From: an uncultured Ignavibacteriaceae bacterium
GTDB lineage: Bacteria > Bacteroidota > Ignavibacteria > Tepidaquicellales > Tepidaquicellaceae
Direction of reading: 5' to 3'
Assembly (NCBI GenBank): GCA_964399995.1
Contig: CAYNTN010000007.1
Coordinates: 226-64,225, forward strand
DNA: 64,000 nt
The stretch's first letter is position 1, and each line of letters opens with the position of its first letter. The notes under the pieces are model-generated. The model searched no databases. It was not told where the DNA came from and saw only the letters and a program-made list of their open reading frames with translations. Position numbers and translations under genes: made by a program. This document shows positions 44,892-55,007 of this stretch, one piece after another.

Positions 44892-45542
44892 CTACATAAA
44901 TGAAACACTGCTGCGATTCAACAAGTCAAGTACTCTGCCTGCTATGTGGTCTGCCAGATCATTAAAATCTCTCGGATTGTATTCGAAGCTTGGCATTGCA
45001 GGTACAATCTTACCTCCGGCATCAAGAATTCTCAGCATATTTTCAAGATGAATCTTATTTACAGGAGTTTCCCTAGGGACAACTATCAGCGGTTTGGAGT
45101 ACGAGAAAGCGTAGTCAGCAGATTTTTCAATTAGTGTCTTACACTCCCCGTTTGCGATCCCGCCAAGAACACCCATGGAGCATGGCGATACAATCATACC
45201 TGTACATATATACTTGTTTGTGAAAATTTCAGATTTAAGATCAAGGTTATTATGAAAAGTGATGGTTGATTTCAAAAGCAATATTTCGGGAAAAAGTGAT
45301 GTAATGTTCGACTGCTTGATTTCAACTCCGCATTCCTTGTATAAAGTAAACACTGCATATTCGGAAAGAATGAGATCAACATTAAAGTCATTTATAAGAA
45401 GAGCCCTGAGCATTCTCAATCCGTATACTGCACCGCTAGTACCTGTAATTGCAAGAATAACATTTTTACCTTCACCGTTACATTCTCTGATCAGAGGTGA
45501 TGTTTCCGTCTGTGTTACTGCTGAAGCTTTTTCCTTTGCCAT
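44892..45542 (-). CDS. ubiX: UbiX-family flavin prenyltransferase
   Basis: ILAITGTSGAVYGLRMLRAL, SPCSMGVLGGIANG, VVPRETP. Confidence 0.85.
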   Translation of the reverse strand: MAKEKASAVTQTETSPLIRECNGEGKNVILAITGTSGAVYGLRMLRALLINDFNVDLILSEYAVFTLYKECGVEIKQSNITSLFPEILLLKSTITFHNNLDLKSEIFTNKYICTGMIVSPCSMGVLGGIANGECKTLIEKSADYAFSYSKPLIVVPRETPVNKIHLENMLRILDAGGKIVPAMPSFEYNPRDFNDLADHIAGRVLDLLNRSSVSFM

Positions 45543-45550
45543 ATTATTTT

Positions 45551-47101
45551 TTAATTTCGGTTTAAAAGAATTGAAACAATGATAAAAATCATTATAGAGA
45601 TCATTACAAATATAATGTTTTGAAAAACAAAAATCTGAATCAAAAATAAAATCAATCCAAGAAACATTGAAAATATAACCTCAATGAACTTGGAAGCCGA
45701 ACTGAACTTTGTACTTTCCAGAGTAAACGGATAAACCTTGTCAAACATCATCGAAATGGAATTGATCAGATAAATTCCGGCGGAGATAAATAAAATATTA
45801 ATAATAACTGTACCGGGATCAGCTTTAAAGCATAGTAAAACAGTCATTGCAATTATTACGGGCAAAATAAACGCTGCATATATAAACTTGGCAGCTCCTT
45901 TAAGTATAGAAGCTTTTTCCTTTATGGGAACAGAATTGTAAATCCATTCGGTATTTAAAGAACTGTCATCAAGTATTTTGGTATTGGACACAAGCAGTCG
46001 CGAACACATAATCAATGTAAATGTGACAGACGGACTGATGACAGGAATGAAAGTTTTAAAAAAAGCTCCTATCCCCGTAGTTTTATTAAAAAAAAGAAGA
46101 TGCGGCAAATCCGAGATTATACCAATGATTACAAACAAAAGCGGCATGACTGCAATAGGAAAGTATTTCACTCTCAGAAATTTCGAATTTTGAAGTTGTT
46201 CCTTTACAAGATAAAACGAAGCTCTTTCATAATTATCGGACAGAATGTAATTATCAATACAACTTTTTATAAAAGGGAAATTGAACCCTGGCTTTAATAG
46301 TGAACGGTTTGATTTCAATACCTTTATCTTCCCGGAAAGTGTGTAATAGTTTTTTGAAATCAAAAAATAAACTAACCCAAAAACCGAAGCCGAAAGCATT
46401 AAGCAAATCAGAAAATCGGGTAAATTATAGACTGCACTTGAGAATAATGTTTGAGGTAGAAATTTTACAGGACCATATTCTAAAATGCTTGCTCTGATAA
46501 AAAGTTCTTTGGGTACGGATACTGCCTTTGAAGCAAGGGTAGATGAATAAAATATAAATACGAAGAATAATATCTGAAGAAGATTTAATACCAATGAGGC
46601 TTTTGCTTTAAAATACTTAAGGGCAAAAACATAAATTAAAATAAGAATACCCGAGGAAAAGTAACAAAACAATAAATTTGAAACTAAAAAAAAAACTGTC
46701 CTGAGCAGGTCACCGCTAAAAAAATAAAAAAAGATAATTTGAGGCAACGAAGATGAGAGCATGAAAAACAAAAGAAAAATGATCGCCGATAAAAATTTGG
46801 CTTTAAAAACTGCCGAGCTGCTGACCGGTAATGTAATGAGAACTTCCATGCTTCGTGAAGCAAGAAACAGATTGTCAAAATCCGTCAAGATAATAAGAGC
46901 CAGCAGGAACAAATTGGAGGTAAACGCTAGAATGATAAAACTGTGCTCATCGAATGATATAAAATAATTATACGACAGAATTGTGTTTGCAAACAAGTAT
47001 GCTACCAGAATCCCGAATATTTTTTTCTTCGCCGAACTTTCCCTATCTCTGTAATCGAGCTTCTGAAATAATGAAAATAAATTTAACGTTACCCTGTTCA
47101 A
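45551..47101 (-). CDS. polytopic membrane protein of unknown function
   Basis: 516 aa with more than 10 hydrophobic segments. No family recognised. Confidence 0.55.
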   Translation of the reverse strand: MNRVTLNLFSLFQKLDYRDRESSAKKKIFGILVAYLFANTILSYNYFISFDEHSFIILAFTSNLFLLALIILTDFDNLFLASRSMEVLITLPVSSSAVFKAKFLSAIIFLLFFMLSSSLPQIIFFYFFSGDLLRTVFFLVSNLLFCYFSSGILILIYVFALKYFKAKASLVLNLLQILFFVFIFYSSTLASKAVSVPKELFIRASILEYGPVKFLPQTLFSSAVYNLPDFLICLMLSASVFGLVYFLISKNYYTLSGKIKVLKSNRSLLKPGFNFPFIKSCIDNYILSDNYERASFYLVKEQLQNSKFLRVKYFPIAVMPLLFVIIGIISDLPHLLFFNKTTGIGAFFKTFIPVISPSVTFTLIMCSRLLVSNTKILDDSSLNTEWIYNSVPIKEKASILKGAAKFIYAAFILPVIIAMTVLLCFKADPGTVIINILFISAGIYLINSISMMFDKVYPFTLESTKFSSASKFIEVIFSMFLGLILFLIQIFVFQNIIFVMISIMIFIIVSILLNRN

Positions 47102-47110
47102 GAATTTCTT

Positions 47111-48160
47111 CTATTTGTTTTTTAATTTATTCTGTTTAAGCTTTGCTTTGTATTCCTTAATTGCCTGCTGGTGATGAGCAAAATTTTCGGTGAATTTATG
47201 TCCCCCGTCACCCGTGGCAACAAAAAACAAGTAATTATGCCGGGCAGGATTCAGAGCAGCTCTGATGGCAGAAATTCCGGGATTATTTATGGGTCCCGGC
47301 GGAAGCCCTTTATTCAGATATGTATTATAGGGAGATTTAACTTTTAAATCCTCAAACAGCAGTCTCGGTTTAGGACCGCCCGGCAGAATGTATTGAATGG
47401 TCGGATCAGCTTCAAGCCGCATTCCTTTATTGAGCCGGTTTATATAAACTCCCGCAATGACAGGCTTCTCTTCATCAATCATTGTCTCACCCTCTATGAT
47501 TGATGCGAGAATAATTGTGTTTAGCAATGTAGTTTGTCTTTCAGCAATTTCAGATTGGATATCTTTTTCTTCGAGTATCTTTTTCCTGAATTCATTAAAT
47601 AATATCTGTACCAGTTTTTTTTCAGTAACAGAAGGTGAGACATCATAAGTATCCGGATAAAGAAACCCTTCAAGATTTTTTATCTTACCCGAAAGACCTA
47701 ATATATTTATTAACGAATCATTTGTTGCTTCTTTTAAGAATTTTTCTCCTGTCAGTGAAAGTTTTTTTTCTGAAATTTTTGCTATCTGTCTGAGAGTTGA
47801 GCCGGGGGGTATTGTAATTCTGACCAGCTGCTGGACCGTTTTATCTGTTAATATTGAAATCAAATCAGAATTATTCATTCCATTTTTTAAAAGATAACTA
47901 TTGGATATAATCTGATTTTCTTTACCGGAAAGTTTTACAGCCAGTTTAAACAAAAACGGATCTGCAATTATGTCAGCTGATTTGAGTTCTGAAATTATCT
48001 CATCTAAATTTTTACCTGATTCAACGTTGAATTTTTTTTCCCCCTCACCTATCCAGTAATATCTTGAATAAAAAAGCTGGTAACCAATGAAGCACAAGAG
48101 CAGTAAATCAATAAGCAAAACTGCCTTGTAAAACTTCTTCAGATTAGAAATGAATAGCAA
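47111..48160 (-). CDS. mltG: endolytic murein transglycosylase MltG (YceG family)
   Basis: N-terminal TM plus YceG motifs (LASIIEGE, RLEADPTIQY, SPYNTY...GLPPGPI.NPG). Confidence 0.85.
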   Translation of the reverse strand: MLFISNLKKFYKAVLLIDLLLLCFIGYQLFYSRYYWIGEGEKKFNVESGKNLDEIISELKSADIIADPFLFKLAVKLSGKENQIISNSYLLKNGMNNSDLISILTDKTVQQLVRITIPPGSTLRQIAKISEKKLSLTGEKFLKEATNDSLINILGLSGKIKNLEGFLYPDTYDVSPSVTEKKLVQILFNEFRKKILEEKDIQSEIAERQTTLLNTIILASIIEGETMIDEEKPVIAGVYINRLNKGMRLEADPTIQYILPGGPKPRLLFEDLKVKSPYNTYLNKGLPPGPINNPGISAIRAALNPARHNYLFFVATGDGGHKFTENFAHHQQAIKEYKAKLKQNKLKNK

Positions 48161-48223
48161 TGTCGTTTTATCAGTTATGAAAAAATTTTAGCGCACGGTC
48201 TTGTTATACTAAAATTAATAAAC

Positions 48224-50212
48224 CTATTTTTTTTGAGGAATCTGATCAGTATTCATCAACCTGTCTACTTCATTTAAATTCCTTTTGATTTCATTATTGT
48301 TCGGATCAATTGCGAGAGCTTTTTCAAGCTGAACTTTAGCTTCGTCGTACCTTTTATTGTTCTTATAAAATACTCCTAAAACAACCAGTGCTTCTTTAAA
48401 GTCAGGATACAGCTGAAGGGCTTTAAATAAGTTTTTTTCGACGCCGGCATTATCTTTGTCTATTAAACTTGCCTGTGCCAGATAAAAATAAGCCAATGAA
48501 CTGTTCGGATCAGTTCCCAGTATGCGGTTCATAACATATTTGATCTGAGGAGAGGCTTTTTGTTTTACTAATGAAGGAGCATTCATCAGAAGAGAGTTTG
48601 CTTCTCTTGATAATATTTGTGTATCGGGATTGAATTTGTAGATCTCCATTATTTCCGGAGGAAGGGTATAGGCAGTTGTTAGCAAAGGTGTCTGGTTTGA
48701 AACCCGGTACCACTCACGAAGAAAGGCAAGATATGTAACCTTATTATCTTTAAGATACTTTGTCATGAAATTCACGTAATTAGCATCATTAATTTTATTA
48801 ATCAGCTCCGGTGTAACGAGTCCGGCTATATCGACAATTTTTCGACCGCTGTAATAACCGATAGCTCCTACATCATGTGTTGCAATTACATCATTTTCAT
48901 CAGTGTTTTTCTTCAGCCATAGTGCCGCCGTGACCTGTCTCTGATATATATATTTGCATTCCTTTGCATATGTTTTCTTGGATTCATCATAGTCTTTCAC
49001 ACTCATAAAGTATACAATGGCAACCCATGCATAGAAAATTATTTTCGCAAATAGGGAATTATCTGAAATTTTATTCAGAAATTTTGCAAAATCCCTGAAT
49101 CCGATGGTTGACAGTAAAATAAAAAAAGGAATGACAGGCATCAAATACCTTCCGAATCTGTGTGCATAAGGGAGTTTTAGCCAATAGATAAAAATTAAAG
49201 CAAATATAAAGAGAACGTATACTGTGTTAGGATTATATGTCTTCTTATAAACATCATAAATAACTTTCAAAACGGAAAAAATAAATCCGATCATCAGAAC
49301 AAGATATGCCCCTGTTTTAAAATAATCCCAGACTTCGTATTTAAGAAAATCAGTTCTGCTTCTGAACTCGGGAGAATAATATGTCAGCTTTGCATTATAT
49401 GTATTCGGTAAAAGAGAACCTGATAAAGAGTAATTCATAATAAAATACAGACCTACTATACCGGCAAAAATCAATAAGATTTTCTTTAGCTCACTGCCTG
49501 AGAATAAAATCAAATCCGAGTGATCTTTTGAATAGTATATAACTAAAATATAATCAATTATAAGTGCTGCGATAAATGCAACTCCGTCAGGTCTTGTCCA
49601 TAAAATAAGACCCAGCATAATTGCAAACGGAACTGCGCTTCTTTTTTTATAAAAATAAATGCAAAGAATAAGGATCAAAATATACATCATAGTTTCCATT
49701 CCGGATCCGGTAATAAAATTCATCCATTTATCTATGATGAAAAGTCCCGAGCACAGAAGTGCAAAGATAATTTCATTGTCAAACTCTAAGCTGCAAAGTT
49801 TATAAAATGCAAAAGAAGCAGCTCCAAAAAATATCATTCCGAGAATATAACTTATTTCCATTTCGTTCCCGCTTACAAAAAATGCCAAAGCAAGAATAAA
49901 AGTATATAATGGTGAAGTTGAACCCGCAGTCACCATTTCTGTTTTGAAATATGAAAAGCTAAAGTAATGAGCAAGGTTTTTTGCAAACGTAAGGTGTATC
50001 CATGGGTCGTCCAATGGAAAACTCAAGAACTTATTCTCTTGCTGAGCAAATCTTATGAATAAAAAGGAAAGAATGAGTGGTACAATTACTACAAGAACAT
50101 TTATTATTATTTTGAGAGGTTTTTTGGGTTTAAAATGATTTTCAAAGTTATATTTTGTATAATCATCTCTGCTTGTTCTCTTTTTTTTTACCGGGATTTT
50201 TATATTTTTCAT
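48224..50212 (-). CDS. polytopic membrane protein (GT-C/ArnT-like?) with C-terminal TPR repeats
   Basis: 662 aa. About 11 TM in the N-terminal 400 aa. C-terminal TPR-like repeats (AYFYLAQASL..., ALQLYPDFKEA, ALAIDPNNNE). Confidence 0.6.
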   Translation of the reverse strand: MKNIKIPVKKKRTSRDDYTKYNFENHFKPKKPLKIIINVLVVIVPLILSFLFIRFAQQENKFLSFPLDDPWIHLTFAKNLAHYFSFSYFKTEMVTAGSTSPLYTFILALAFFVSGNEMEISYILGMIFFGAASFAFYKLCSLEFDNEIIFALLCSGLFIIDKWMNFITGSGMETMMYILILILCIYFYKKRSAVPFAIMLGLILWTRPDGVAFIAALIIDYILVIYYSKDHSDLILFSGSELKKILLIFAGIVGLYFIMNYSLSGSLLPNTYNAKLTYYSPEFRSRTDFLKYEVWDYFKTGAYLVLMIGFIFSVLKVIYDVYKKTYNPNTVYVLFIFALIFIYWLKLPYAHRFGRYLMPVIPFFILLSTIGFRDFAKFLNKISDNSLFAKIIFYAWVAIVYFMSVKDYDESKKTYAKECKYIYQRQVTAALWLKKNTDENDVIATHDVGAIGYYSGRKIVDIAGLVTPELINKINDANYVNFMTKYLKDNKVTYLAFLREWYRVSNQTPLLTTAYTLPPEIMEIYKFNPDTQILSREANSLLMNAPSLVKQKASPQIKYVMNRILGTDPNSSLAYFYLAQASLIDKDNAGVEKNLFKALQLYPDFKEALVVLGVFYKNNKRYDEAKVQLEKALAIDPNNNEIKRNLNEVDRLMNTDQIPQKK

Positions 50213-50494
50213 ATCTTTTAAAATAAATATTTAACGTCGTAATTTCAATTTTAAATCATTTATTTTTAAAATTTTGCATTATTTGCTTACCCTTTCAGTG
50301 ATTTTTAATGTAATTGATATTAACAGGTAACGCAGTGATGAGCTATTTATCTGCTGAAAATTAGATAAAAATAAAAAAAAACTGTGATTAAAATGAATAT
50401 CAACAGGAGAAAATGTTTGCTTGCCGTTATCCAATGTTAACTCTAATATTAAATATGAATCAATATTACGGCAGATTTCCAAAACAAGAAGGTC

Positions 50495-50827
50495 TTACGT
50501 CTTTCTTTCCACAACGACAGCAGTCCCGTAAGCAAGCACTTCCGTCACTCCGGCTGATATTTCATTTGCATCATATCTCATTCCAATGATTGCATTTGCT
50601 CCGACCTCTTCGGCATGCTGCACCATCAGATCAAATGCATCGGCTCTGGTCTTTTCGCAGAGTTCGGTGTAAAGAGTAATATCTCCTCCAACCAGTGTCT
50701 GAAATCCGGCTCCGATATTTGCAAATATATTTCTCGACCTTACTATTATTCCTCTCACAACACCGAGATTTTTTGTAATTGTACATCCTTCAAAATTAAA
50801 TGCAGTAGTAATAAAACTTTTATCCAT
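50495..50827 (-). CDS. YbjQ/UPF0145-family protein
   Basis: 110 aa. GVVRGIIVRSR...GG....Y..L....R..A...M...A...GANAIIGMRYD. Confidence 0.75.
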   Translation of the reverse strand: MDKSFITTAFNFEGCTITKNLGVVRGIIVRSRNIFANIGAGFQTLVGGDITLYTELCEKTRADAFDLMVQHAEEVGANAIIGMRYDANEISAGVTEVLAYGTAVVVERKT

Positions 50828-50880
50828 GGCTTATAATTTTTTTACAAAGATATTGAATTCATCACTTACTTGCTATTAAT

Positions 50881-51019
50881 TCAAATGTCAGATGTCAGAA
50901 GTCAAACGTCAGAAGTCAAACGTCAGAAGTCAGAAGTCAGAGGCAAATGCCAGATGTCAAATGTCAAATGTCTGACGTCTGACATCTGACGTTTCACGTT
51001 TGACGTTTGACGTTTGACG
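50881..51019. repeat. back-to-back inverted heptamer arrays (GTCAGAA/GTCAAAC x about 13 then TCTGACG/TTTGACG x about 7)
   Basis: The arrays switch to their reverse complement at about 50970 with no spacer. Lies between divergent ybjQ-like and ndh genes. Confidence 0.9.
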
Positions 51020-51077
51020 ATACTTATTTCAATGTTTAATTAAAAAATTAGAAAGATTAATTTCGCCAAATATTAAA

Positions 51078-52388
51078 ATGGAAAATAAAAAACACGTTGT
51101 CGTAGTCGGTGCAGGTTTCGGAGGACTGCAGGCGGTAAAAAAGTTAGCTAAAGATAAATCATTGCATATCACTTTGATTGACAGATCAAATCATCATTTG
51201 TTTCAACCGCTGCTTTATCAGGTTGCTACTGCTGTGTTAAGTCCTGCCGATATTGCAATACCCATCAGATCTTTAATGCACCGTAAAAAAAACGTGACAG
51301 TATTAATGGATGAAGTGACAGGTGTTGACAAAGAAAATAAAACGTTAATTCTTGGAGATAAAAAAATCTCCTATGATTATCTTGTTTTGGCAGCCGGCGC
51401 AAAGACCGGATATTTCGGAAAAAATGACTGGATGAAATATACATTGGGCTTAAAGAATCTTCTCAATGCTTTGAGAATAAGAAATAAAATTCTAATCTCT
51501 TTTGAAGAAGCTGAAAATCATCCGGAAAGATCGGCTGAGCTTCTGAAATATGTGATAATCGGCGGAGGTCCGACGGGAGTTGAGCTAGCCGGGTCTATTG
51601 CAGAGCTTGCGCACAGTATTATCAATGATGACTTCAGAAATATTGACACAAAAAAAGCGCAGATAATCCTTATAGAAGCAGGTTCAGACCTGCTTCCGAC
51701 ATTTGAACGTGAATTGTCAGTGTATGCTAAAAGACGTCTCGAAAAAAGAAACGTCAATGTAAAACTTAATTCCAGGGTTTTAAACATAGAAGATCACAAA
51801 ATTTTTATTAAAACTCCTGAAGGTGAAAAAGTGATCACTGCGGATATCATTATATGGGCTGCCGGTGTCGAAGCAGTTAACCTTACAAAAACATTCGGAC
51901 TTCCGACAGACAGGCAGAAAAGACTTTTGGTAAACGAGTACTGTTCATTTGATGATTATCCTGAAATATTTGCAATCGGAGATATATCTGATTTCAAAGA
52001 TGAAAACGGAAAATCACTTCCCGGTGTATCTGCAGTCGCAATGCAGGAAGGACGCTATGTAGCCTCGGTAATCATTGACAGATTAAAGAATAAAATAGTA
52101 AAACCGTTTAAATATCTTGATAAAGGCAGCATGGCGACAATCGGCAGAAAGGATGCTGTAGCCGATGTGTTCGGAATTAAGTTCACGGGATTTTTCGGAT
52201 GGATAATGTGGCTGCTTCTGCATTTGTTTTACCAAGTAGGATTTAAGAACAAAGTATCAATTCTCATTACATGGATATGGAGTTATCTTACTTTCGGTGC
52301 GAGTGCCAGACTGATTCAGGAATCTCTGTCTGAGGAAGAAAAGCAGAGTTTGCTCTATAGTTTGAATCCGAAAAAGCCGGTTAAGTAA
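51078..52388 (+). CDS. ndh: type II NADH:quinone oxidoreductase (NDH-2)
   Basis: VVVVGAGFGGL and IIGGGPTGVELAG dinucleotide folds, IFAIGD, C-terminal membrane-anchoring helices. Confidence 0.85.
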   Translation: MENKKHVVVVGAGFGGLQAVKKLAKDKSLHITLIDRSNHHLFQPLLYQVATAVLSPADIAIPIRSLMHRKKNVTVLMDEVTGVDKENKTLILGDKKISYDYLVLAAGAKTGYFGKNDWMKYTLGLKNLLNALRIRNKILISFEEAENHPERSAELLKYVIIGGGPTGVELAGSIAELAHSIINDDFRNIDTKKAQIILIEAGSDLLPTFERELSVYAKRRLEKRNVNVKLNSRVLNIEDHKIFIKTPEGEKVITADIIIWAAGVEAVNLTKTFGLPTDRQKRLLVNEYCSFDDYPEIFAIGDISDFKDENGKSLPGVSAVAMQEGRYVASVIIDRLKNKIVKPFKYLDKGSMATIGRKDAVADVFGIKFTGFFGWIMWLLLHLFYQVGFKNKVSILITWIWSYLTFGASARLIQESLSEEEKQSLLYSLNPKKPVK

Positions 52389-52431
52389 TTGAGTTGATTG
52401 AAAATTTTAATTATATAATTTTAAGTTCATC

Positions 52432-52761
52432 TTGAATAAAAAGAAAAAACATTACTGCTATTTTCTTCATCTCTATCCGCAGTACTATGATCACAGCAAA
52501 TGGACAGAGAAGGAAGACGAGCTTATAGGAATTCATTTTAGATATTTACAGAATCTGCTTGAAAGGAAAATTTTATTTCTTGCCGGGCGAACTGTGAATG
52601 AACCAATGACAGAAAAAGATTGCGGTATTGCTATTCTTGAAGTTGATAGTTTAGAAGAAGCACGAAGCATTATGGAAAATGATCCGGCTGTGAAAGGCAA
52701 ACTTATGCTTGCAGAAGTGTTTGAATTCTCTTTAGCTTTGTTCCGTGACAGTATTGACTAG
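52432..52761 (+). CDS. YciI-family protein
   Basis: 109 aa. HF.YL..L...G.....GR......G.AI.E..S.EEA..IM..DPAV pattern. TTG start. Confidence 0.6.
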   Translation: MNKKKKHYCYFLHLYPQYYDHSKWTEKEDELIGIHFRYLQNLLERKILFLAGRTVNEPMTEKDCGIAILEVDSLEEARSIMENDPAVKGKLMLAEVFEFSLALFRDSID

Positions 52762-52851
52762 TAAGTATTGGGTATTGAGTAGTGAGTATTTGTAATTTGT
52801 AATTTGTAATTTGTAATTTGTAATTTGTAACTCGTAATCTGTAATTTGAAA
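52762..52851. repeat. heptamer array (NTGAGTA then TTTGTAA x5, CTCGTAA, TCTGTAA)
   Basis: Begins the base after the YciI stop. About 12 units. The first units resemble the 990-1012 array. Confidence 0.9.
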
Positions 52852-52862
52852 TTAAAAAAACC

Positions 52863-53183
52863 ATGCTGAATCAAAACTACATGTCAACCTTGTCACAAGT
52901 CATTCCTGCTCTTAGAGAAAAAGGATATATAAATGACTTCGAACTTATCGAGGGCGGAATGCTTTCAAAACAAACCAATGAAATATTTCAGCCTTCAGAG
53001 CTCATTATAGAAAGAGCATACAGATTCGAAGGTGATTCGAATCCTGATGATATGTCTGTCCTTTACGGCATAAGATCAATCAGCGGAACGAAGGGAATAG
53101 TCATTGATGCTTACGGAACTTATGACAATGATGAACTCGGAGATTTTCTAAGAAATGTGAAAATAGAAGAAGTTACAGATTAG
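52863..53183 (+). CDS. conserved hypothetical protein
   Basis: 106-aa ORF. The sequence looks like a recurrent small FCB-group family but I cannot name it. Confidence 0.5.
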   Translation: MLNQNYMSTLSQVIPALREKGYINDFELIEGGMLSKQTNEIFQPSELIIERAYRFEGDSNPDDMSVLYGIRSISGTKGIVIDAYGTYDNDELGDFLRNVKIEEVTD

Positions 53184-53185
53184 CA

Positions 53186-53243
53186 TTTTACGTCTTGCGT
53201 TCACGTCTTACGTCTTACGTCTTACGTTTCACGTTTACGTTCC
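53186..53243. repeat. heptamer array (CGTCTTA/CGTTTCA)
   Basis: ttttacg tcttgcg ttcacg tcttacg tcttacg tcttacg tttcacg tttacg. Overlaps the dinB stop codon (53235-53237). Confidence 0.85.
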
Positions 53244-54419
53244 AATCCCGACTCTAATTATCCCTTCACCATACTTTGATTTTATTTTATCAAGCGCATA
53301 GTAAGGTAAAATGATCTTTTTTTCAAAGAGATTCAGATTGCATTCACGCGTGTCGAGATGCAGATCGTAAACTCCCATTCCGAACTGGCGTGCCATCAAT
53401 TCCTTACAAGGCTTACGGAACTTACCATATATTTTTACTGCTGCATTAAAAATTTCCCTGTCATCATTTGTAAAGAAGGGCAGCTTTACAATATGCGAGG
53501 CATAGGTTAAGTTTTCGAATCTTACGGAAAGATGCATGTAGCCGGCGGTCAGATCTTTAGAACGCAGCTTACGGCAGATGTACTCCCCTATCCTTCTGAT
53601 CTCTTTTATGACATCCTCAGGCTTATAGATAGGTTCGGATAAAGTGTGATAATGATTTAAGGACTTTTCCTTTTTTTCTTTGAGGACTATCTCAGAAGTA
53701 TCTTCGCCGCGCGCAAGCTTGCGGAAAATTATCCCGTTGACACCGAATTCTTTTTTAAGCAGACGCTCGTTTGAATTTGCAAGCTCACCGATGGTCTTAA
53801 TTCCCAGCGTACACATGCGAATCTCGATTCTCCTTCCGATTCCCCAGAGCTTATTCGCAGGCATTGAATATATTTTATCTTTATTCTCCTGTGTCACTAC
53901 CGAAAGTCCGTCCGGCTTCTGAAGCTTTGTTGCAAGCTTTGCAAAAGTTTTGTTGTATGAAAGACCTATTGATGCAGTAAGATTTTCGAGCTCGCGGATC
54001 TTTCTTTTAATGGCATTGGCAATTCTCGTTGCTTCATAGAAATTCTTTGCAACTCCCGAGAGATCAGCAAAGCACTCGTCTATGCTGTACTGTTCAATGC
54101 ATTCAGCCGGCACGAACTCCTTCAGCGCCTCAAGAAGATTCAGCATGATCGCTTCATACTTTGGACCGTAACATGGGAGCGAGATCAGTTCCGGACAGAT
54201 CTTTTTTGCTTCGACAACTGACATTCCCGTATCCACACCCATTGCTCTTGCTTCATAAGATGCAGTCATCACGATCCCTTTCTTGCCCTCCATTCCGCCG
54301 ACAGAAACCGGCTTTCCCCGAAGCTTCAGATTATCACGCTGTTCGACCTGAGCAAAGAATGCATCGAAGTCAATGTGAACAAAGAATCTCTTCTGATGCG
54401 ACACGATTTTGAAATTCAT
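53235..54419 (-). CDS. dinB: Y-family DNA polymerase IV
   Basis: FFVHIDFDAFFAQVEQRDNLKLRGKPVSVGG, SIDECFADL, little-finger region. Start set at MNFKIV; the track ORF has a 37-codon non-conserved extension. Confidence 0.85.
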   Translation of the reverse strand: MNFKIVSHQKRFFVHIDFDAFFAQVEQRDNLKLRGKPVSVGGMEGKKGIVMTASYEARAMGVDTGMSVVEAKKICPELISLPCYGPKYEAIMLNLLEALKEFVPAECIEQYSIDECFADLSGVAKNFYEATRIANAIKRKIRELENLTASIGLSYNKTFAKLATKLQKPDGLSVVTQENKDKIYSMPANKLWGIGRRIEIRMCTLGIKTIGELANSNERLLKKEFGVNGIIFRKLARGEDTSEIVLKEKKEKSLNHYHTLSEPIYKPEDVIKEIRRIGEYICRKLRSKDLTAGYMHLSVRFENLTYASHIVKLPFFTNDDREIFNAAVKIYGKFRKPCKELMARQFGMGVYDLHLDTRECNLNLFEKKIILPYYALDKIKSKYGEGIIRVGIGT

Positions 54420-54578
54420 GTCTTTGATATGCGGGAAAGAATAAAGCGGCATTATGCGCACGCGCTTGAATAGATTGCTGAAATCATTTCCCTCGCGGGG
54501 AATAAAATATGACGAACTGTGTAACTGCATACCGTAATAATATAGGGTATGTAGAAAAGATTAAAGAGAAAAATAATT
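54293..54578. repeat. direct repeat, left copy (dinB codons 1-42 plus about 160 bp upstream)
   Basis: Aligns with 58968..59252. The first 127 nt (coding) are identical. The upstream part has about 10 substitutions and one small indel by hand alignment. Confidence 0.9.
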
Positions 54579-54670
54579 ATACAGGGTTGGTATTGAATGG
54601 AAGCGAAATGTTAATTAATTTTGAAAGGTAATTGTGTAGAGCTAGTCTTTATGAATATATTTTGAAAATT

Positions 54671-54997
54671 ATGTCAGTGAATTTCGATAAAGTTATAATT
54701 GACACCCTTAAGTTAAGAGATTATTGTCTGAATCATCCGGTTGGTAAACATAAGGCGATTGTATTCAGGAATAAACTAGGACTTACTTCTGATGATGCTG
54801 ACGAATTGAAAGAATTAATTATTGAAAAAATAAATTTCAGTGAAGCAATACGATCCTTTTCAGATGAATATGGCGATAGGTATTATACAGATATAATCCT
54901 TACTAAGCATAATAATGCTGAAACAATCAGAACATTATGGATTGTAAAAAGAGATGAAATTATTCCCAGATTTGTAAGCTGTTACATAAAAAACTAA
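54671..54997 (+). CDS. DUF6883-like protein (module 1)
   Basis: KLRDYCLNHPVGKHKAIVF...YGDRYYTDIIL...IRTLWIV...PRFVSCY. Start set at MSVNF. Confidence 0.6.
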   Translation: MSVNFDKVIIDTLKLRDYCLNHPVGKHKAIVFRNKLGLTSDDADELKELIIEKINFSEAIRSFSDEYGDRYYTDIILTKHNNAETIRTLWIVKRDEIIPRFVSCYIKN

Positions 54998-55007
54998 GAA
55001 TATTATT

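Noticed and set aside
54420-54530. 37-codon N-terminal extension of dinB (MQLHSSSYFIPREG...), and the same in the duplicate at 59095-59205
   Set aside because: Y-family polymerases start right before the HIDFDAFF motif. The two copies diverge at non-synonymous positions exactly in this extension but are identical after MNFKIV, indicating non-coding DNA.
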